A DNA stretch of 64,000 bases from Candidatus Woykebacteria bacterium (GCA_040876345.1 JBBDPM010000001.1:33619-97618); one strand, 5' to 3'. Shown: positions 11,696 to 23,036, numbered from the stretch's first letter. Made by a program: numbers and translations. The notes: generated from the sequence alone by a model not told the origin.

Positions 11696-12004
11696 ATGCC
11701 AAAAGGTCGTATTAGAGTACGTTTAAAATCTTACGACGCAAGGGTTTTGGATGACTCTGCGGAAGATATATTGGATACAGCCATTCGCACTGGTGCGAAG
11801 GTTGTTGGTCCAGTACCTTTACCGACAGAGCGGGAATCTTTTACTGTGACAACTTCTCCTCACGTAGATAAGGATGCTAGAGAACAGTTTGAGATTAGGA
11901 CTCATAAACGTTTAATCGATATTATCGAGCCAACACCAAAAACCCTCGACTCTCTAATGCATTTGGAGCTTCCCGCAGGTGTAGATATTGAGATAAAGAT
12001 GTAG
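11696..12004 (+). CDS. rpsJ: 30S ribosomal protein S10
   Basis: [20 protein letters not shown]. Confidence 0.99.
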   Translation: MPKGRIRVRLKSYDARVLDDSAEDILDTAIRTGAKVVGPVPLPTERESFTVTTSPHVDKDAREQFEIRTHKRLIDIIEPTPKTLDSLMHLELPAGVDIEIKM

Positions 12005-12022
12005 TTAAGAGGTCAAGCATTT

Positions 12023-12101
12023 AAAAGAGCAACTAAAAATGGACCGGAAGGTCCTTTTTGTTGTTCTTTATAGGTAAAAAATGGGTACTCCGTTTTTTAC
12101 C
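12023..12101 (+). promoter_or_regulatory. Two tandem RNA hairpins between rpsJ and rplC
   Basis: aaagagcaac...ggacc-GGAA-ggtcc...gttgttcttt and ggtaaaaaatgg...ccgttttttacc. Confidence 0.5.
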
Positions 12102-12114
12102 CTGAATAACTATT

Positions 12115-12912
12115 ATGGTTAAAGGTTTGATAGGTAAAAAAATAAATATGACGCAAGGGTTCGACTCCCACGGAAGAGCGGCTCCCATAACTCGGGTGTT
12201 AGTTGAGCCAAATTTTGTGATGCAAATAAAGACAGCTGAAGCAGATGGTTATAAGGCAGTCCAGTTGGCGGCGGGGGAATCTAAAAGAGCGCCGAAACCA
12301 CTTTTAGGTCGGATAAAAAAAGCAAACTTAAGTGTAAAACCCACCTCTTTACGGGAAGTCCAATTCGACGGTGATATCAAAACGGGGCAGGAAGTTAGGG
12401 TTGAAGAGGTTTTTGGTAAAGGCAGTCTAGTTGATGTGATTGGAATCTCTAAAGGTAAGGGGTTTGCTGGCGTGGTAAAAAGGTACGGTTTTGCCGGTGG
12501 GCCTCGTACCCATGGTCAATCGGACAGAGAAAGAGCGGGGGGATCAATTGGAGCAACTACCACCCCGGGAAGAGTTTTTAAAGGTACGAGAATGGCCGGG
12601 CACATGGGAGCTGAGAGAGTAAAGATCCAAGGCTTAGAAATTTTAGATATCGATAAAGAAAGTTACATAGTAAATATTAAGGGCTCAGTACCAGGTTCTT
12701 CTGGAAGCCTTGTCCTAATTGAAAAATCAAAGAAAAAGAAAAGAAAGTATCACGAGCCAGAAATTCCGTTGGCCCCGGCCGTCGGTGGGAAAGAGGATAA
12801 GGTAGAATCGTCCGAGGCAGCTGAGGTATCAAGCGGCCAAGAGCAAGCCTCTTCACCGTCAAAGGGGGAAGGGGGAAATGAGGAAAATCATGGAGAAGCA
12901 AACCAAGGTTAA
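12115..12912 (+). CDS. rplC: 50S ribosomal protein L3 with acidic C-terminal extension
   Basis: SKGKGFAGVVKR, GRVFKGTRMAGHMG. Confidence 0.98.
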   Translation: MVKGLIGKKINMTQGFDSHGRAAPITRVLVEPNFVMQIKTAEADGYKAVQLAAGESKRAPKPLLGRIKKANLSVKPTSLREVQFDGDIKTGQEVRVEEVFGKGSLVDVIGISKGKGFAGVVKRYGFAGGPRTHGQSDRERAGGSIGATTTPGRVFKGTRMAGHMGAERVKIQGLEILDIDKESYIVNIKGSVPGSSGSLVLIEKSKKKKRKYHEPEIPLAPAVGGKEDKVESSEAAEVSSGQEQASSPSKGEGGNEENHGEANQG

Positions 12913-13603
12913 GAAAACAAAAGAGAAAGTTGAAGCAAAGCCTTCAAGGAGTAAAGTTCTTAAGGCGCCACTCTTTAGTGGTGAGGGGGAATTGATCGGT
13001 GAGATAAGTTTAAACACTGAGATTTTTGGTAATAAAGTAAACGAGAAACTTATCGCTCAGGCTCTGCGGGTATACCTAGCAAATCAAAGGTTGGGAGCAG
13101 CCTCTACTAAAACGCGCTCCGAAGTAGAGGGCAGTGGGGCTAAACCTTGGCGGCAAAAGGGGACGGGACGAGCACGAGCTGGTTCTAAAAGAGCTCCTCA
13201 TTGGAAGGGTGGCGGGGTCGCCCACGGACCAAGGCCAAAGTCGTTTAATTTAGAATTGCCTAAAAAAATGAAGAGGAAGGCTCTATTATCGGCACTATCG
13301 GCAAAAGCTTCTGAAAATGAAATTGTCATAATAGATAAGATAGTTTTCAAGGAGCCGAAAACAAAGACAGCGGCAAATCTTCTGGCGAAGATGCGAGTTA
13401 AGGGGAAAAGCTTAGTTATTCTCGAAAGTAAGGATGAAGCAGTAAAAAAGTCTTTTAATAATCTACCCAAAACTAATACCGAACCCGTAGAGAATTTAAC
13501 TACGTATGAGATTTTAAATAACAAGAGTTTGATTTTTACTAAGAGGGCCCTGGAAAAAGCCGACAATTGGTATATAGGAGGAGGCAGCCTTGGAAGTAAA
13601 TAA
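12878..13603 (+). CDS. rplD: 50S ribosomal protein L4
   Basis: KPWRQKGTGRARAGS; start may be 12890. Confidence 0.98.
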   Translation: MRKIMEKQTKVKKTKEKVEAKPSRSKVLKAPLFSGEGELIGEISLNTEIFGNKVNEKLIAQALRVYLANQRLGAASTKTRSEVEGSGAKPWRQKGTGRARAGSKRAPHWKGGGVAHGPRPKSFNLELPKKMKRKALLSALSAKASENEIVIIDKIVFKEPKTKTAANLLAKMRVKGKSLVILESKDEAVKKSFNNLPKTNTEPVENLTTYEILNNKSLIFTKRALEKADNWYIGGGSLGSK

Positions 13604-13883
13604 GATTATTATAAAACCGACTATTTCTGAAAGAAGTTTGAAGGGGGAAGAGGCTGGAAAGTATGTTTTTGAGGTAGCCAAAGCGGCTACTAAAAAAAGT
13701 ATTGCAAAGGCAATGAAAGAAAAATTCGGTGTTGATGTGGTAAAAGTTCAGACAAGATTGGTAAAAGGACGCTCGAGAAGAATGACTAAAGGCAGATCCA
13801 GAGTTAAGATCGGCCCAATTAAAAGAGCAACTATTCAGTTGGTAGAGGGGCAAAAGTTAGCTATATTTGAAGGTAAAAAGTAA
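13590..13883 (+). CDS. rplW: 50S ribosomal protein L23
   Basis: Position in the S10 operon, PTISE, YVFEV; TTG start with GGAGG. Confidence 0.95.
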   Translation: MEVNKIIIKPTISERSLKGEEAGKYVFEVAKAATKKSIAKAMKEKFGVDVVKVQTRLVKGRSRRMTKGRSRVKIGPIKRATIQLVEGQKLAIFEGKK

Positions 13884-14710
13884 TGGCAATCAAAAAATCA
13901 CCAGGAAAAATAACATCTAGAAGATTTATGACTTCGGTAGCTGAAAAGTTGATAAAGTCGCGGCCCTTAAAGTCTCGCACATCCCCCCTTGTTAAAACCG
14001 GCGGGCGAGACGCCCGAGGTAGGATAAGTGTTCGCCATATTGGTGGCCGGCATAAAAGGCTTTATCGGGAAATAGATTTCAAGCGGGATAAATTTAATAT
14101 TCAAGCCAATGTAGCTTCCATAGAGTATGATCCAAACCGAACTGCTAATATTGCTTTGTTGAACTACGTGGATGGCGAAAAAAGATATATAATTGCCCCG
14201 GAAGGTTTAGAGAGCGGCGATAAAGTAATTTCGGGAGAGAGTGTTGATCTAAGTGTGGGCAACGCCGCACCCCTTAAAAATATACCGATTGGAACTGAAG
14301 TTCACAACGTCGAACTCACTCCCGGTAGAGGTGGGCAGTTTGCTAAATCGGCCGGTGCAAAGGTAGTGTTAATGGCAAAAGAGGGCGGATTTGCGCATTT
14401 AAAAATGCCTTCCGGAGAAATACGCAAGGTTCCGGAAAGGTCCATGGCAACCGTCGGAGTTGTTAGTAAACTGGACTGGAAAAATATAACCTTAGGTAAA
14501 GCCGGAAGGAAGAGACACATGGGTATAAGACCAACCGTTAGAGGAGTTGCAATGTCGCCTCGTGACCATCCCCATGGTGGTGGAGAAGGAAGAAGTGGTA
14601 TTGGAATGAGTTCTCCAAAAAGCCCTTGGGGTAAGAAGACACTAGGTAAAAAAACTAGAAAGAAAAACAAGTCATCGAATAAGCTAATACTTGAAAGAAG
14701 GAAAAAATAA
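13883..14710 (+). CDS. rplB: 50S ribosomal protein L2
   Basis: IEYDPNRTA, DHPHGGGEG. Confidence 0.99.
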   Translation: MAIKKSPGKITSRRFMTSVAEKLIKSRPLKSRTSPLVKTGGRDARGRISVRHIGGRHKRLYREIDFKRDKFNIQANVASIEYDPNRTANIALLNYVDGEKRYIIAPEGLESGDKVISGESVDLSVGNAAPLKNIPIGTEVHNVELTPGRGGQFAKSAGAKVVLMAKEGGFAHLKMPSGEIRKVPERSMATVGVVSKLDWKNITLGKAGRKRHMGIRPTVRGVAMSPRDHPHGGGEGRSGIGMSSPKSPWGKKTLGKKTRKKNKSSNKLILERRKK

Positions 14711-14713
14711 TTT

Positions 14714-14998
14714 ATGGCAAGATCTTTAAAAAAAGGACCATACGTTGACCAAAAATTGCTAAAAAAAGTGAAAACAGCTAAAGGGAGCGGCTCAAGAGAC
14801 CCTATTAAAACCTGGTCGCGAAGATCCCAAATATCACCGGATATGGTAGGGGTTACTTTATCAGTTCACAACGGGAAAAATTTTATTGCCGTTTTTATTA
14901 CTGAGCCGATGGTTGGCCACCGGTTAGGGGAGTTCTCCCCAACCCGGACTTTTAGGGGCCATGGTAACGTGGCAAAAAGGACTTTGTCGGCGACATAA
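14714..14998 (+). CDS. rpsS: 30S ribosomal protein S19
   Basis: [18 protein letters not shown]. Confidence 0.99.
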   Translation: MARSLKKGPYVDQKLLKKVKTAKGSGSRDPIKTWSRRSQISPDMVGVTLSVHNGKNFIAVFITEPMVGHRLGEFSPTRTFRGHGNVAKRTLSAT

Positions 14999-15011
14999 GG
15001 ATTAAGGATTT

Positions 15012-15353
15012 ATGGAAGTCGAAGCATCAAGTAACAACATTAGAATATCACCAAGAAAGGTTAGGCTAGTTGCCGAAGGCCTTGCTGGGAAAAGGGTGTT
15101 GGAAGCCCTAGAGACGCTTCGTTTTGTCCCAAAGAAAGCAAGCAGCCCCCTTTCAAAGGTAATAAAATCAGCTCTAAGTAACGCTACGAACAACAATAAA
15201 TTAGACGAGAAGAAAATTGTCATTAAAGAAATAATTGTTAATGAGGGGCCAAGACTGAAGCGTTACTTGCCAAGAAGTAGAGGTATGGCCCATCCAATTT
15301 TAAAAAGAACCACCCACGTTAGGGTGGTAGTTGAAGAAAGGGAGGGTAAGTAG
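15012..15353 (+). CDS. rplV: 50S ribosomal protein L22
   Basis: RISPRKVRLV, PRSRG. Confidence 0.98.
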   Translation: MEVEASSNNIRISPRKVRLVAEGLAGKRVLEALETLRFVPKKASSPLSKVIKSALSNATNNNKLDEKKIVIKEIIVNEGPRLKRYLPRSRGMAHPILKRTTHVRVVVEEREGK

Positions 15354-15992
15354 ATGGGCCAAAAAGTCCACCCTAAGGCCTTCCGGTTAGCAAAAGATTT
15401 TGGTTGGAGCAGCCTTTGGTTTGCAGAGAGGAAAAGGTATAAGGAGTTTTTAGAGCAAGATGTCAAGATAAGAAGCTACATAATGGCTAGACTCAAAGCA
15501 GCCGGTGTCTCCCACGTTGTTATTGAGCGCTCGATAAATAAATTGAATATCATAATTTATGTTGCCCGGCCCGGTATGGTAATTGGACGCTCTGGCGCTG
15601 GCGTTGAAGATCTAAGAAAATCAATTGATGAGTTAGTCGGTCAGAAAGTTAGTTTGAATATCGAAGAGATTCGAGTACCTGATCTAGACGCTTACCTAGT
15701 GGCCCGTAGCGTCGCCGACCAAATAGAAAGAAGGCTTCCAGTTAAAAAAATTATGGCTACATCAGTGTCTAGAGTGATGAGGTCTGGAGCAGCTGGGGTG
15801 AAAATACTTTGCAGCGGTCGGATTGGTGGTCGGGAAATTGCCCGGAAAGAAAAGTTGGTGGAAGGCAGTATTCCCCTGGCAACCCTCCGAGCCGATATTG
15901 ACTTTGCAGTGGTACCGGCTAGAACAGCCACTGCCGGTGTGGTGGGGGTAAAGGTATGGATTTACAAAAAACCACCAAAAACTAAGGATTAG
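15354..15992 (+). CDS. rpsC: 30S ribosomal protein S3
   Basis: MGQKVHP, PGMVIG, GVKVWI. Confidence 0.99.
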   Translation: MGQKVHPKAFRLAKDFGWSSLWFAERKRYKEFLEQDVKIRSYIMARLKAAGVSHVVIERSINKLNIIIYVARPGMVIGRSGAGVEDLRKSIDELVGQKVSLNIEEIRVPDLDAYLVARSVADQIERRLPVKKIMATSVSRVMRSGAAGVKILCSGRIGGREIARKEKLVEGSIPLATLRADIDFAVVPARTATAGVVGVKVWIYKKPPKTKD

Positions 15993-15995
15993 TAA

Positions 15996-16412
15996 ATGTT
16001 ACAACCAAAAAGAGTAAAATTTAGAAGAGTTTTTAGAGGCAACATGGGTGGTGTTGCTACGCGGGGGGCCACCATTGAGTTTGGGGAATACGCCTTGAAG
16101 GCCCAGGCGGCCGGCTGGCTAACGGCCAGGCAGATAGAAGCGGCGCGAAGATCGATAACCCACTATACAAAAAGGGGCGGTCGACTTTGGATAAGAGTTT
16201 TTCCCGACAAGCCCGTCACTAAAAAACCACCCGAGACTCGAATGGGGTCGGGAAAGGGTGCAGTGGATCACTATATTGCTGTAGTAAAACCCGGCTCGGT
16301 TATTTTTGAAGTTGGCGGAGTACCTAGAAACGTAGCTGCAGAAGCAATGAGATTAGCCGGCAGAAAACTACCATTAGAGGTGCGGTTTGTTGTGAAAGAG
16401 GAAGTTTTATGA
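15996..16412 (+). CDS. rplP: 50S ribosomal protein L16
   Basis: MLQPKR, RMGSGKG. Confidence 0.99.
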   Translation: MLQPKRVKFRRVFRGNMGGVATRGATIEFGEYALKAQAAGWLTARQIEAARRSITHYTKRGGRLWIRVFPDKPVTKKPPETRMGSGKGAVDHYIAVVKPGSVIFEVGGVPRNVAAEAMRLAGRKLPLEVRFVVKEEVL

Positions 16413-16606
16413 AAAAGAAAAAATTAGAGACCCGAGATTTAAACGAGTTAAAAGAACTTTTATTAAAAGGCCAAAAGGATTTGGTAGATCTTAGAATCCA
16501 AAACACTACTCGCAAACTTAAAAACCCGCACGAGATTAATTTAAAAAGAAAAGAAATTGCAAGAATTATTACAAAAATGAACGAAGGGCACCTGGCGAAA
16601 CCATGA
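16409..16606 (+). CDS. rpmC: 50S ribosomal protein L29
   Basis: Position; NPHEI...RKEIARIIT. Confidence 0.92.
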   Translation: MKKKKLETRDLNELKELLLKGQKDLVDLRIQNTTRKLKNPHEINLKRKEIARIITKMNEGHLAKP

Positions 16607-16821
16607 TCGGAATAGTTTTAAGAAAAAAATTAGAAAAAACAGTGGTGGTGGAGGTGGATAGATTGGTCGTCCACCCACTGTATAAAAAAAGGATAAAAAG
16701 AAGAAAAAGGTACCTTGCGCACGATAATTTGGGTGTTAAAGAGGGACAAAGGGTGGTTATAAAGCCCACCAAACCAATATCGAAAAGAAAGAAATTTGTT
16801 ATCGCGGAGATATTAAAATGA
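16603..16821 (+). CDS. rpsQ: 30S ribosomal protein S17
   Basis: [20 protein letters not shown]. Confidence 0.97.
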   Translation: MIGIVLRKKLEKTVVVEVDRLVVHPLYKKRIKRRKRYLAHDNLGVKEGQRVVIKPTKPISKRKKFVIAEILK

Positions 16822-17186
16822 TACAGAAAAGAACAATTCTTAATGTCGCTGACAATTCTGGCGCAAAAAGTTTAGTGGTTATTGGGATTCCTGGTAGAAG
16901 TAACCAAAGATTTGCAAGACTTGGAGACGTTGTTACTTGTGTGGTAAGGAAGGCAGATCCTTCCGGTAACGTTAAAGATTCTGAAATAGTTAAAGCCTTG
17001 GTGGTACGTACTAGAAAGGAAAAAAGACGCGATGATGGCTCTTACATAAGGTTTGATGATAACGCGGCCGTCGTTATTGATAACTCAGGGGTGCCAAAGG
17101 CCACTCGTATTTTTGGTCCGGTGGGCCGCGAGATAAGAGAAGGCGGGTTTTTGAAAATTGTTTCATTAGCCCCGGAGGTAGTTTAA
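16818..17186 (+). CDS. rplN: 50S ribosomal protein L14
   Basis: VADNSGA, FDDNAAV, SLAPEV. Confidence 0.99.
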   Translation: MIQKRTILNVADNSGAKSLVVIGIPGRSNQRFARLGDVVTCVVRKADPSGNVKDSEIVKALVVRTRKEKRRDDGSYIRFDDNAAVVIDNSGVPKATRIFGPVGREIREGGFLKIVSLAPEVV

Positions 17187-17495
17187 ATGAAGATTAAGAC
17201 AGGTGATCAAGTACTCGTTTTGGTTGGTAAAGATAAAGGTAAAAAAGGCAAGGTTGAGAAATCTTTACCTAAAATAAATAAAGTCTTAGTTGGCGGTATT
17301 AATGTTTATAAAAAACACCAAAAGCCGCAAGGCAAGACTTTGCAGGGTGGAATCATCGACCTAGCTAAACCAATTAATGTCACAAACGTTGCTTTGATAT
17401 GTCCAAAATGCAACTTGCCTACTAAAGTTAGTTACCGGACAGGGGATAAAAAAAAGGATAGGATCTGCAAGAAATGTAAGCAGGTAATTGAATAA
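17187..17495 (+). CDS. rplX: 50S ribosomal protein L24
   Basis: KOW motif GDQVLVLVGKDKGK; CPKC...CKKC. Confidence 0.97.
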   Translation: MKIKTGDQVLVLVGKDKGKKGKVEKSLPKINKVLVGGINVYKKHQKPQGKTLQGGIIDLAKPINVTNVALICPKCNLPTKVSYRTGDKKKDRICKKCKQVIE

Positions 17496-17501
17496 AAAGC
17501 T

Positions 17502-18029
17502 ATGAAAGAAACTCTAACTCAAAAAAAAGAAGATTTGGCAAAAGAATTGGAAATAAAAAATATCATGGCGATTCCAAGGATTGAAAAGATCATCGTCAAC
17601 GTAGGGTTTGGAGCCCTTTTGGGTGACCAAAAAGCGATTGATAACTGCTTTGAGAATTTGAAAAAAATCACTGGGCAAAAACCAGCTGAAACTAAGGCCA
17701 AAAAAGCGATTGCCTCCTTCAAGATAAGAGAGGACCAAGTAGTGGGTGCCAAAGTTACTCTTAGAGGTAAGAAAATGGTTGATTTCTTTCAAAAATTAGT
17801 TAGTATAGTTCTACCAAGAGTTAGGGATTTTCGTGGTCTTCCAAACACGGCAATGGATGGTAAGGGAAACTACACCCTTGGGTTTAGTGAAATAAATGTT
17901 TTTCCAGAAATTGAATATACCAAAAGCGAGAGACAGACTGGCCTGGAGATAACAATTAAAACTAGCGCCAAGGATAATAACGAAGGAAAAAAACTTCTGG
18001 AATTTTTAGGAATGCCTTTTAAGAAATGA
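17502..18029 (+). CDS. rplE: 50S ribosomal protein L5
   Basis: [21 protein letters not shown]. Confidence 0.99.
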   Translation: MKETLTQKKEDLAKELEIKNIMAIPRIEKIIVNVGFGALLGDQKAIDNCFENLKKITGQKPAETKAKKAIASFKIREDQVVGAKVTLRGKKMVDFFQKLVSIVLPRVRDFRGLPNTAMDGKGNYTLGFSEINVFPEIEYTKSERQTGLEITIKTSAKDNNEGKKLLEFLGMPFKK

Positions 18030-18039
18030 GGCAAAAATT

Positions 18040-18225
18040 ATGGCTAAGAAAGCATTAATTGAAAAATCAAAAAGAAAACCAAAATTTGCAGTCAGAGCCT
18101 ACAATCGGTGTTTAATTTGTGGCCGTCCTCGGGCTTACATGAGAAAATTTGGTCTTTGCCGAATTTGTTTCAGAAATCTTGCCCACAAAGGTGAACTGCC
18201 AGGTGTAGTTAAATCTAGTTGGTAA
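18040..18225 (+). CDS. rpsZ: 30S ribosomal protein S14, zinc-binding type Z
   Basis: RCLICGR...LCRICFR, 61 aa. Confidence 0.97.
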   Translation: MAKKALIEKSKRKPKFAVRAYNRCLICGRPRAYMRKFGLCRICFRNLAHKGELPGVVKSSW

Positions 18226-18227
18226 TT

Positions 18228-18614
18228 ATGGATACAGTAGCTGATATGTTGACAATAATAAGAAATGGTTACTTGGCGAGAAAGATCCAAGTCGTCTCTC
18301 CTCATTCTAAAGCCAAGGAGGAAATTGCCAAAAAACTCCTAAAGATTGGGTTTTTAGATCACGTGGCAGTTAAAAAGGACGAAAACAGGATCAATCTTAT
18401 TATCAAACTTAAGTACGAGAACGGTGAGCCGGTCCTGACGCATCTCAAAAGGATTTCAAAACCGGGTCTGCGGATTTACAAAGCTAAAAGGGAACTAAAA
18501 CCAGTGCTTGGAGGAATCGGCTTCGCCTTGTTGTCGACCTCTCGGGGAATTATGACTAATAAAGAAGCCCACCAGAAGGGTATTGGTGGAGAAATTGTTT
18601 GTGAGGTATGGTAA
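18228..18614 (+). CDS. rpsH: 30S ribosomal protein S8
   Basis: DMLTIIRN, SKPGLRIY, GGEI. Confidence 0.98.
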   Translation: MDTVADMLTIIRNGYLARKIQVVSPHSKAKEEIAKKLLKIGFLDHVAVKKDENRINLIIKLKYENGEPVLTHLKRISKPGLRIYKAKRELKPVLGGIGFALLSTSRGIMTNKEAHQKGIGGEIVCEVW

Positions 18615-18617
18615 AAA

Positions 18618-19163
18618 ATGAGTAAAATAGGAAACTTACCAATAAAGATTCCACAAGGAGTGGAAGTTACAATTGAAAAACAGAAAGCCTTAGTTAAGGG
18701 ATCAAAGGGCGAATTAGTAGTATCTGTGCCCAAGGATATTAACATCGAAATGACGCAGGATATTTTGGTAGTTAAAAGGTCCAATGATTTTAAGGAGACA
18801 AAAGCATTACACGGGCTGATCAGAAGCTTAATTAATAACGCCATTTTGGGAGTTTCTGAGGGCTTTAAGAAAACTTTAGAGCTCTCAGGAGTGGGATTTC
18901 GGGCTATTCTGCAAGGAGAAAAATTGACGCTTTCATTAGGCTATTCGCATCCGGTTGAGGTAGAGAAACCTGAAGGTGTGAGTTTTTCTGTTGCCGAAAA
19001 CAAAATAACTGTTTTGGGAATAGATAAAGGGCTTGTCGGTAATACCGCTGCAAAATTAAGGAAAATTAGACCAGCCGAACCCTACAAAGGTAAAGGAATA
19101 AAATACGAGGGCGAGACGATTAGAAGGAAGAGCGGTAAAGCTCAAGCGGCAGGAGGAAAATAA
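18618..19163 (+). CDS. rplF: 50S ribosomal protein L6
   Basis: LGYSHP, EPYKGKGI. Confidence 0.99.
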   Translation: MSKIGNLPIKIPQGVEVTIEKQKALVKGSKGELVVSVPKDINIEMTQDILVVKRSNDFKETKALHGLIRSLINNAILGVSEGFKKTLELSGVGFRAILQGEKLTLSLGYSHPVEVEKPEGVSFSVAENKITVLGIDKGLVGNTAAKLRKIRPAEPYKGKGIKYEGETIRRKSGKAQAAGGK

Positions 19164-19166
19164 TCT

Positions 19167-19511
19167 ATGGAAAACCTTTCTGGTAGAAGCCTAAGACAAA
19201 AAAGAGTTAGAGCAAAAATAAAGGGTGATCAAGAACGTCCAAGATTAAACGTGTTTCGTTCTAATAAGCATATCTATGGAGCGTTGGTAAACGACCGGGT
19301 TGGCAAAACTTTACTTTCGGCAACCGATAGAGAGATTGGCGAAAAGGGAAAAACAAAAACCGAACTTGCCTTTAATCTTGGGGTTTTGATTGGTAGCAAA
19401 GCAGTCGCAAAAAAGATAAAAAGCGTAGTTTTTGATCGGGCCGGCTACAGATATCACGGCCGGGTAAAAGCTTTCGCTGAGGGTGCCCGAAAGGGAGGTT
19501 TGAAGTTCTAA
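19167..19511 (+). CDS. rplR: 50S ribosomal protein L18
   Basis: [17 protein letters not shown]. Confidence 0.99.
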   Translation: MENLSGRSLRQKRVRAKIKGDQERPRLNVFRSNKHIYGALVNDRVGKTLLSATDREIGEKGKTKTELAFNLGVLIGSKAVAKKIKSVVFDRAGYRYHGRVKAFAEGARKGGLKF

Positions 19512-20021
19512 ATGGAAGAGTATATACCAGAGGCAGAATTTGAAGAAAAAATTGTTCAAGTAAACCGAGTCTCCAAAAAAACAAAGGGTGGAAACAAGAT
19601 TGGGTTTTCGGTTCTTGTTGTCGTTGGTGATAAACGCGGAAGAGTTGGGGTTGGTCTTGGAAAAGCACCAACTGTGCAAGCTGCAATTAAAAAAGGGGTG
19701 AGCTACGCAAAAAAACACCTCATCAAGGTACCGATGGTTGAAACAACAATACCGCACGAAATTTTTGTTAAAAAAGGGGCTGCCAAAGTGTTTATGAGAC
19801 CAGCTTCGGCTGGGACAGGCGTTATTGCGGGTGGCGCCGTGCGAGCTGTAGTTGAAGCCGCCGGTATAAAAGATATCCTTTCTAAGGTATTGGGTACCTC
19901 CAATCAAGCATCAAATGTCTACGCTACAATTTATGCTCTAGGCAAACTAAAAGAAAAAAAGCACTTTTCTGTTTCAAAGGTCAGTATAAAAAGTGAGACG
20001 GGAGCTGAAAAGATAAAATGA
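19512..20021 (+). CDS. rpsE: 30S ribosomal protein S5
   Basis: [17 protein letters not shown]. Confidence 0.99.
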   Translation: MEEYIPEAEFEEKIVQVNRVSKKTKGGNKIGFSVLVVVGDKRGRVGVGLGKAPTVQAAIKKGVSYAKKHLIKVPMVETTIPHEIFVKKGAAKVFMRPASAGTGVIAGGAVRAVVEAAGIKDILSKVLGTSNQASNVYATIYALGKLKEKKHFSVSKVSIKSETGAEKIK

Positions 20022-20458
20022 AACTTTCAGAATTAAAAACAATGAACTTAAATAAGAAGAGATCAAAAAGGGTTGGCCGGGGCGAGTCTTCTGGTAAAGG
20101 GAAAACATCTGGTCGGGGAATGAAAGGTCAAAGGGCAAGGGGTTCGGTAAAGACTGAGTTTGAGGGGGGCCAACTACCGATAATTAAAAGATTGCCTTTT
20201 AAGAGAGGCGTTGGTAACACGAGTTTGGTGAGGAAAAGGGCAATTACTCTTGATCAACTAGAAAAATTTGAAAAAGGCTCAACCGTAGACGTCGAATTCT
20301 TAAGAAAAAATAATTTAATCCCCAAAGGAAAAAGATTGTCCGTAAAAGTTGTGGCGTCTGGAGAAATAACCAAGCCTTTGATTGTTAAATTAAGAGTGAG
20401 CAAAAAAGCCAAAATTTTAATTGAAAAAGTAAAGGGTAAGGTGGAGGATAATGCTTAG
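20018..20458 (+). CDS. rplO: 50S ribosomal protein L15 (no rpmD between rpsE and rplO)
   Basis: [20 protein letters not shown]; overlaps the rpsE stop. Confidence 0.98.
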   Translation: MKLSELKTMNLNKKRSKRVGRGESSGKGKTSGRGMKGQRARGSVKTEFEGGQLPIIKRLPFKRGVGNTSLVRKRAITLDQLEKFEKGSTVDVEFLRKNNLIPKGKRLSVKVVASGEITKPLIVKLRVSKKAKILIEKVKGKVEDNA

Positions 20459-21746
20459 AATTTTGCGAGATATTTTAAAAAGTCCAGATTTGCGAGGTAA
20501 GATTCTTTTTACCTTAATGATAATGGTGATTTTCCGCGTCCTCGCTTTCATACCAGTGCCCGGAGTAGATCCTGGAGCACTTCGGGGTCTTTTTTCGACC
20601 AGTGGATCGTTTGAACAAGTTTTACGTCTTCTTGACCTTTTTTCTGGTGGTACACTTCTAAACTTTTCGATTGTGGCCCTTGGCTTGAACCCTTACATTA
20701 ATGCATCGATTATCATGCAGCTTTTAGGGGTAGTTATTCCAAAGCTTGAAGAACTCCAAAAAGAGGGTGATTATGGTCGGCAAAAGATAAATCAGTACAC
20801 CCGGTATATAGCCCTACCGCTAGCTTTGGTTCAGGCTTACGGGGTGATTATTCTAATTCGCCGAAACGCCCCTGAATTTTTAGGAGACTCCAATCCCATC
20901 GCCCTCTTAACAATAATGATTACGATAGCGGCCGGCACGCTGCTTTTAATGTGGCTTGGTGAGCTTATTACAGAGAATGGAATCGGAAATGGTATTTCGA
21001 TGCTTATCTTTGCAGGTATAGTAGCAAGAATCCCGGTGAACTTTGGACAGACCGCTTACATATTTAACCCCCAAAATATATCCAATCTTTTGTTAGTTGT
21101 CGGTCTGGGGTTGGCGGTTATAGTTGTGACTGTTCTTATAAACGAGGGGCACCGGAGAATTTTGATTCAGTATGCGAGAAGAGTTCGCGGAAACAGATTA
21201 TATGGTGGGCAAAGCACCCACTTGCCAATTCGGGTTAACCAGGCTGGCGTTATTCCAATAATTTTTGCGGTGTCGATAATACTATTGCCGGGTATGCTAG
21301 GGGAATTTTTTTCCTCGGCCACCAACCCTTTAATTGCTAATGCAGCGAGTGCAATAAAAGACTTTTTCAGCAACACCTACTACTATTCAGCTATTTATTT
21401 TGTGCTGGTGTTGGTTTTCACATATTTTTACACTGCTGTGAGTTTTAACCCAACAAAAGTAGCCGACGAGATAAAGAAATATGGCGGTTTTGTTCCCGGT
21501 ATCAGACCAGGTAGAGCGACAGCCGAGTATTTAGGGAATATTCTTAATAGAATTACTTTAGTTGGAGGAATATTTTTAGGCGCGATTGCTATTTTACCCT
21601 TCCTGGTACAAGATTTTACTGGTATTAGTACTCTGGCTTTAGGTGGTACGAGTCTTCTAATCGTAGTCTCAGTTATTATTGAAACTACCAAGCAGCTAGA
21701 ATCTCAGCTGATAATGCGCTCGTACGAGGGGTTTCTTTATCAATGA
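20451..21746 (+). CDS. secY: Preprotein translocase SecY
   Basis: [37 protein letters not shown]. Confidence 0.99.
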   Translation: MLRILRDILKSPDLRGKILFTLMIMVIFRVLAFIPVPGVDPGALRGLFSTSGSFEQVLRLLDLFSGGTLLNFSIVALGLNPYINASIIMQLLGVVIPKLEELQKEGDYGRQKINQYTRYIALPLALVQAYGVIILIRRNAPEFLGDSNPIALLTIMITIAAGTLLLMWLGELITENGIGNGISMLIFAGIVARIPVNFGQTAYIFNPQNISNLLLVVGLGLAVIVVTVLINEGHRRILIQYARRVRGNRLYGGQSTHLPIRVNQAGVIPIIFAVSIILLPGMLGEFFSSATNPLIANAASAIKDFFSNTYYYSAIYFVLVLVFTYFYTAVSFNPTKVADEIKKYGGFVPGIRPGRATAEYLGNILNRITLVGGIFLGAIAILPFLVQDFTGISTLALGGTSLLIVVSVIIETTKQLESQLIMRSYEGFLYQ

Positions 21747-22288
21747 ATATCTTGATTTTTGGTGTTCAAGGATCGGGCAAAAGCACTATCGGCAAATATA
21801 CCGCTGAAAAATTAAATATACCTTTCATTGCGACTGGAGATATATTTAGGAATCTTCGGGAAGAGGGTTCTTCATTGGGAAAGCTGGTCAAAGAAAAAAT
21901 AGATGAAGGATTCCTTGTGCCAGATGGCCCAACGATGGAAATTGTAAATAAAAGATTGGCCAACGAAGATGCAGAGACAGGATTTGTTTTGGACGGAGCC
22001 CCTCGCAATTTAGAGCAAGTTAAGATGCTCAAAAAATCAGTTGATCTGGCCATAATGGTCGCTCTGGATAAAAACGAAGCTCTAAAAAGACTGTTTTCTA
22101 GAGGTCGGGTCGATGACACTCAGGAGGCAATAAATAAAAGGTTCGCCTGGTATGAGGAACAAACCAAACCAGTAATAAGTTACTATAAAGATAGGGGAGT
22201 AAAAATAATTGAAATAGACAATACTCCTGCTGAAGACACAGTTAGAAAAAACTTAGATGATTTACTTAAAGAGCTCAAAAGAGATTGA
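21743..22288 (+). CDS. adk: Adenylate kinase, short LID-less form
   Basis: GVQGSGKS P-loop, TGDIFR, LDGAPR; position after secY. Confidence 0.9.
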   Translation: MNILIFGVQGSGKSTIGKYTAEKLNIPFIATGDIFRNLREEGSSLGKLVKEKIDEGFLVPDGPTMEIVNKRLANEDAETGFVLDGAPRNLEQVKMLKKSVDLAIMVALDKNEALKRLFSRGRVDDTQEAINKRFAWYEEQTKPVISYYKDRGVKIIEIDNTPAEDTVRKNLDDLLKELKRD

Positions 22289-23003
22289 AATAATGAGACA
22301 AGCCGGCAGAATAGCTGCCCAGGCTCTCTCTGAAGTTGAAAAGCACATTAAAATTGGAACAAATATAAAAGAATTAGACGAAATAGCCGAAAAAGTAATA
22401 GATGATATGGGAGCAGAGGCCTCCTTTAAAAAAGTTGCCGGTTACAAATATTGCATTTGTGCTACACCAAACGCTCAAGTTGTCCATGGTATACCAGGTG
22501 ATTACACTTTGAAAGGCGGGGATATTGTCGGTGTTGATTTAGGAGCCTATTATAAGGGTTATCATTCCGACATGGCTCATACTTACTCAGTCGGCAAGGT
22601 AGATTCAAAAAAGGTAAAGTTTCTTGAAACTGGTAAAAAAGCCCTTTTTGAAGCAATAAAAGAGGCAAAAGTTGGTAATAAAATTGGCGATATTGGTAAC
22701 AAAATTCAGACCATGGTTGAGGAGTCTGGTTATTCAGTTGTGAAAGAATTGGTCGGTCACGGCGTTGGCAAAGATTTACACGAGGATCCTTTGGTTCCTG
22801 GTATTGGTAAGAAAGGTACGGGACCAGTGCTTAAAGAGGGAATGGTGCTAGCGATTGAGGTTATTTACAATATGGGCAAGAGAAACGTGGTTTTACTGGA
22901 GGATGGTTGGACTATAACTACTAGAGACGACAGTCTATCCGGTCTTTTTGAGAGAACAATAGCGGTGACTAAAAAAGGGCCTGTAGTATTGACCAAACTT
23001 TAA
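22257..23003 (+). CDS. map: Methionine aminopeptidase type I
   Basis: VVHGIP, GHGVG..LHEDP. Confidence 0.97.
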   Translation: MIYLKSSKEIEIMRQAGRIAAQALSEVEKHIKIGTNIKELDEIAEKVIDDMGAEASFKKVAGYKYCICATPNAQVVHGIPGDYTLKGGDIVGVDLGAYYKGYHSDMAHTYSVGKVDSKKVKFLETGKKALFEAIKEAKVGNKIGDIGNKIQTMVEESGYSVVKELVGHGVGKDLHEDPLVPGIGKKGTGPVLKEGMVLAIEVIYNMGKRNVVLLEDGWTITTRDDSLSGLFERTIAVTKKGPVVLTKL

Positions 23004-23036
23004 TTTTAGTGTAAAATTAGTGGGTTTGAAGTTTAT

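Noticed and set aside
12730-12960. Low-complexity extensions on L3 and L4 (also L17 and S9)
   Set aside because: Charged terminal extensions are common on ribosomal proteins, and no distinct domain is visible.
20018-20021. Absence of rpmD (L30) as a novelty
   Set aside because: Known general feature of CPR ribosomes; used only as a taxonomic clue.
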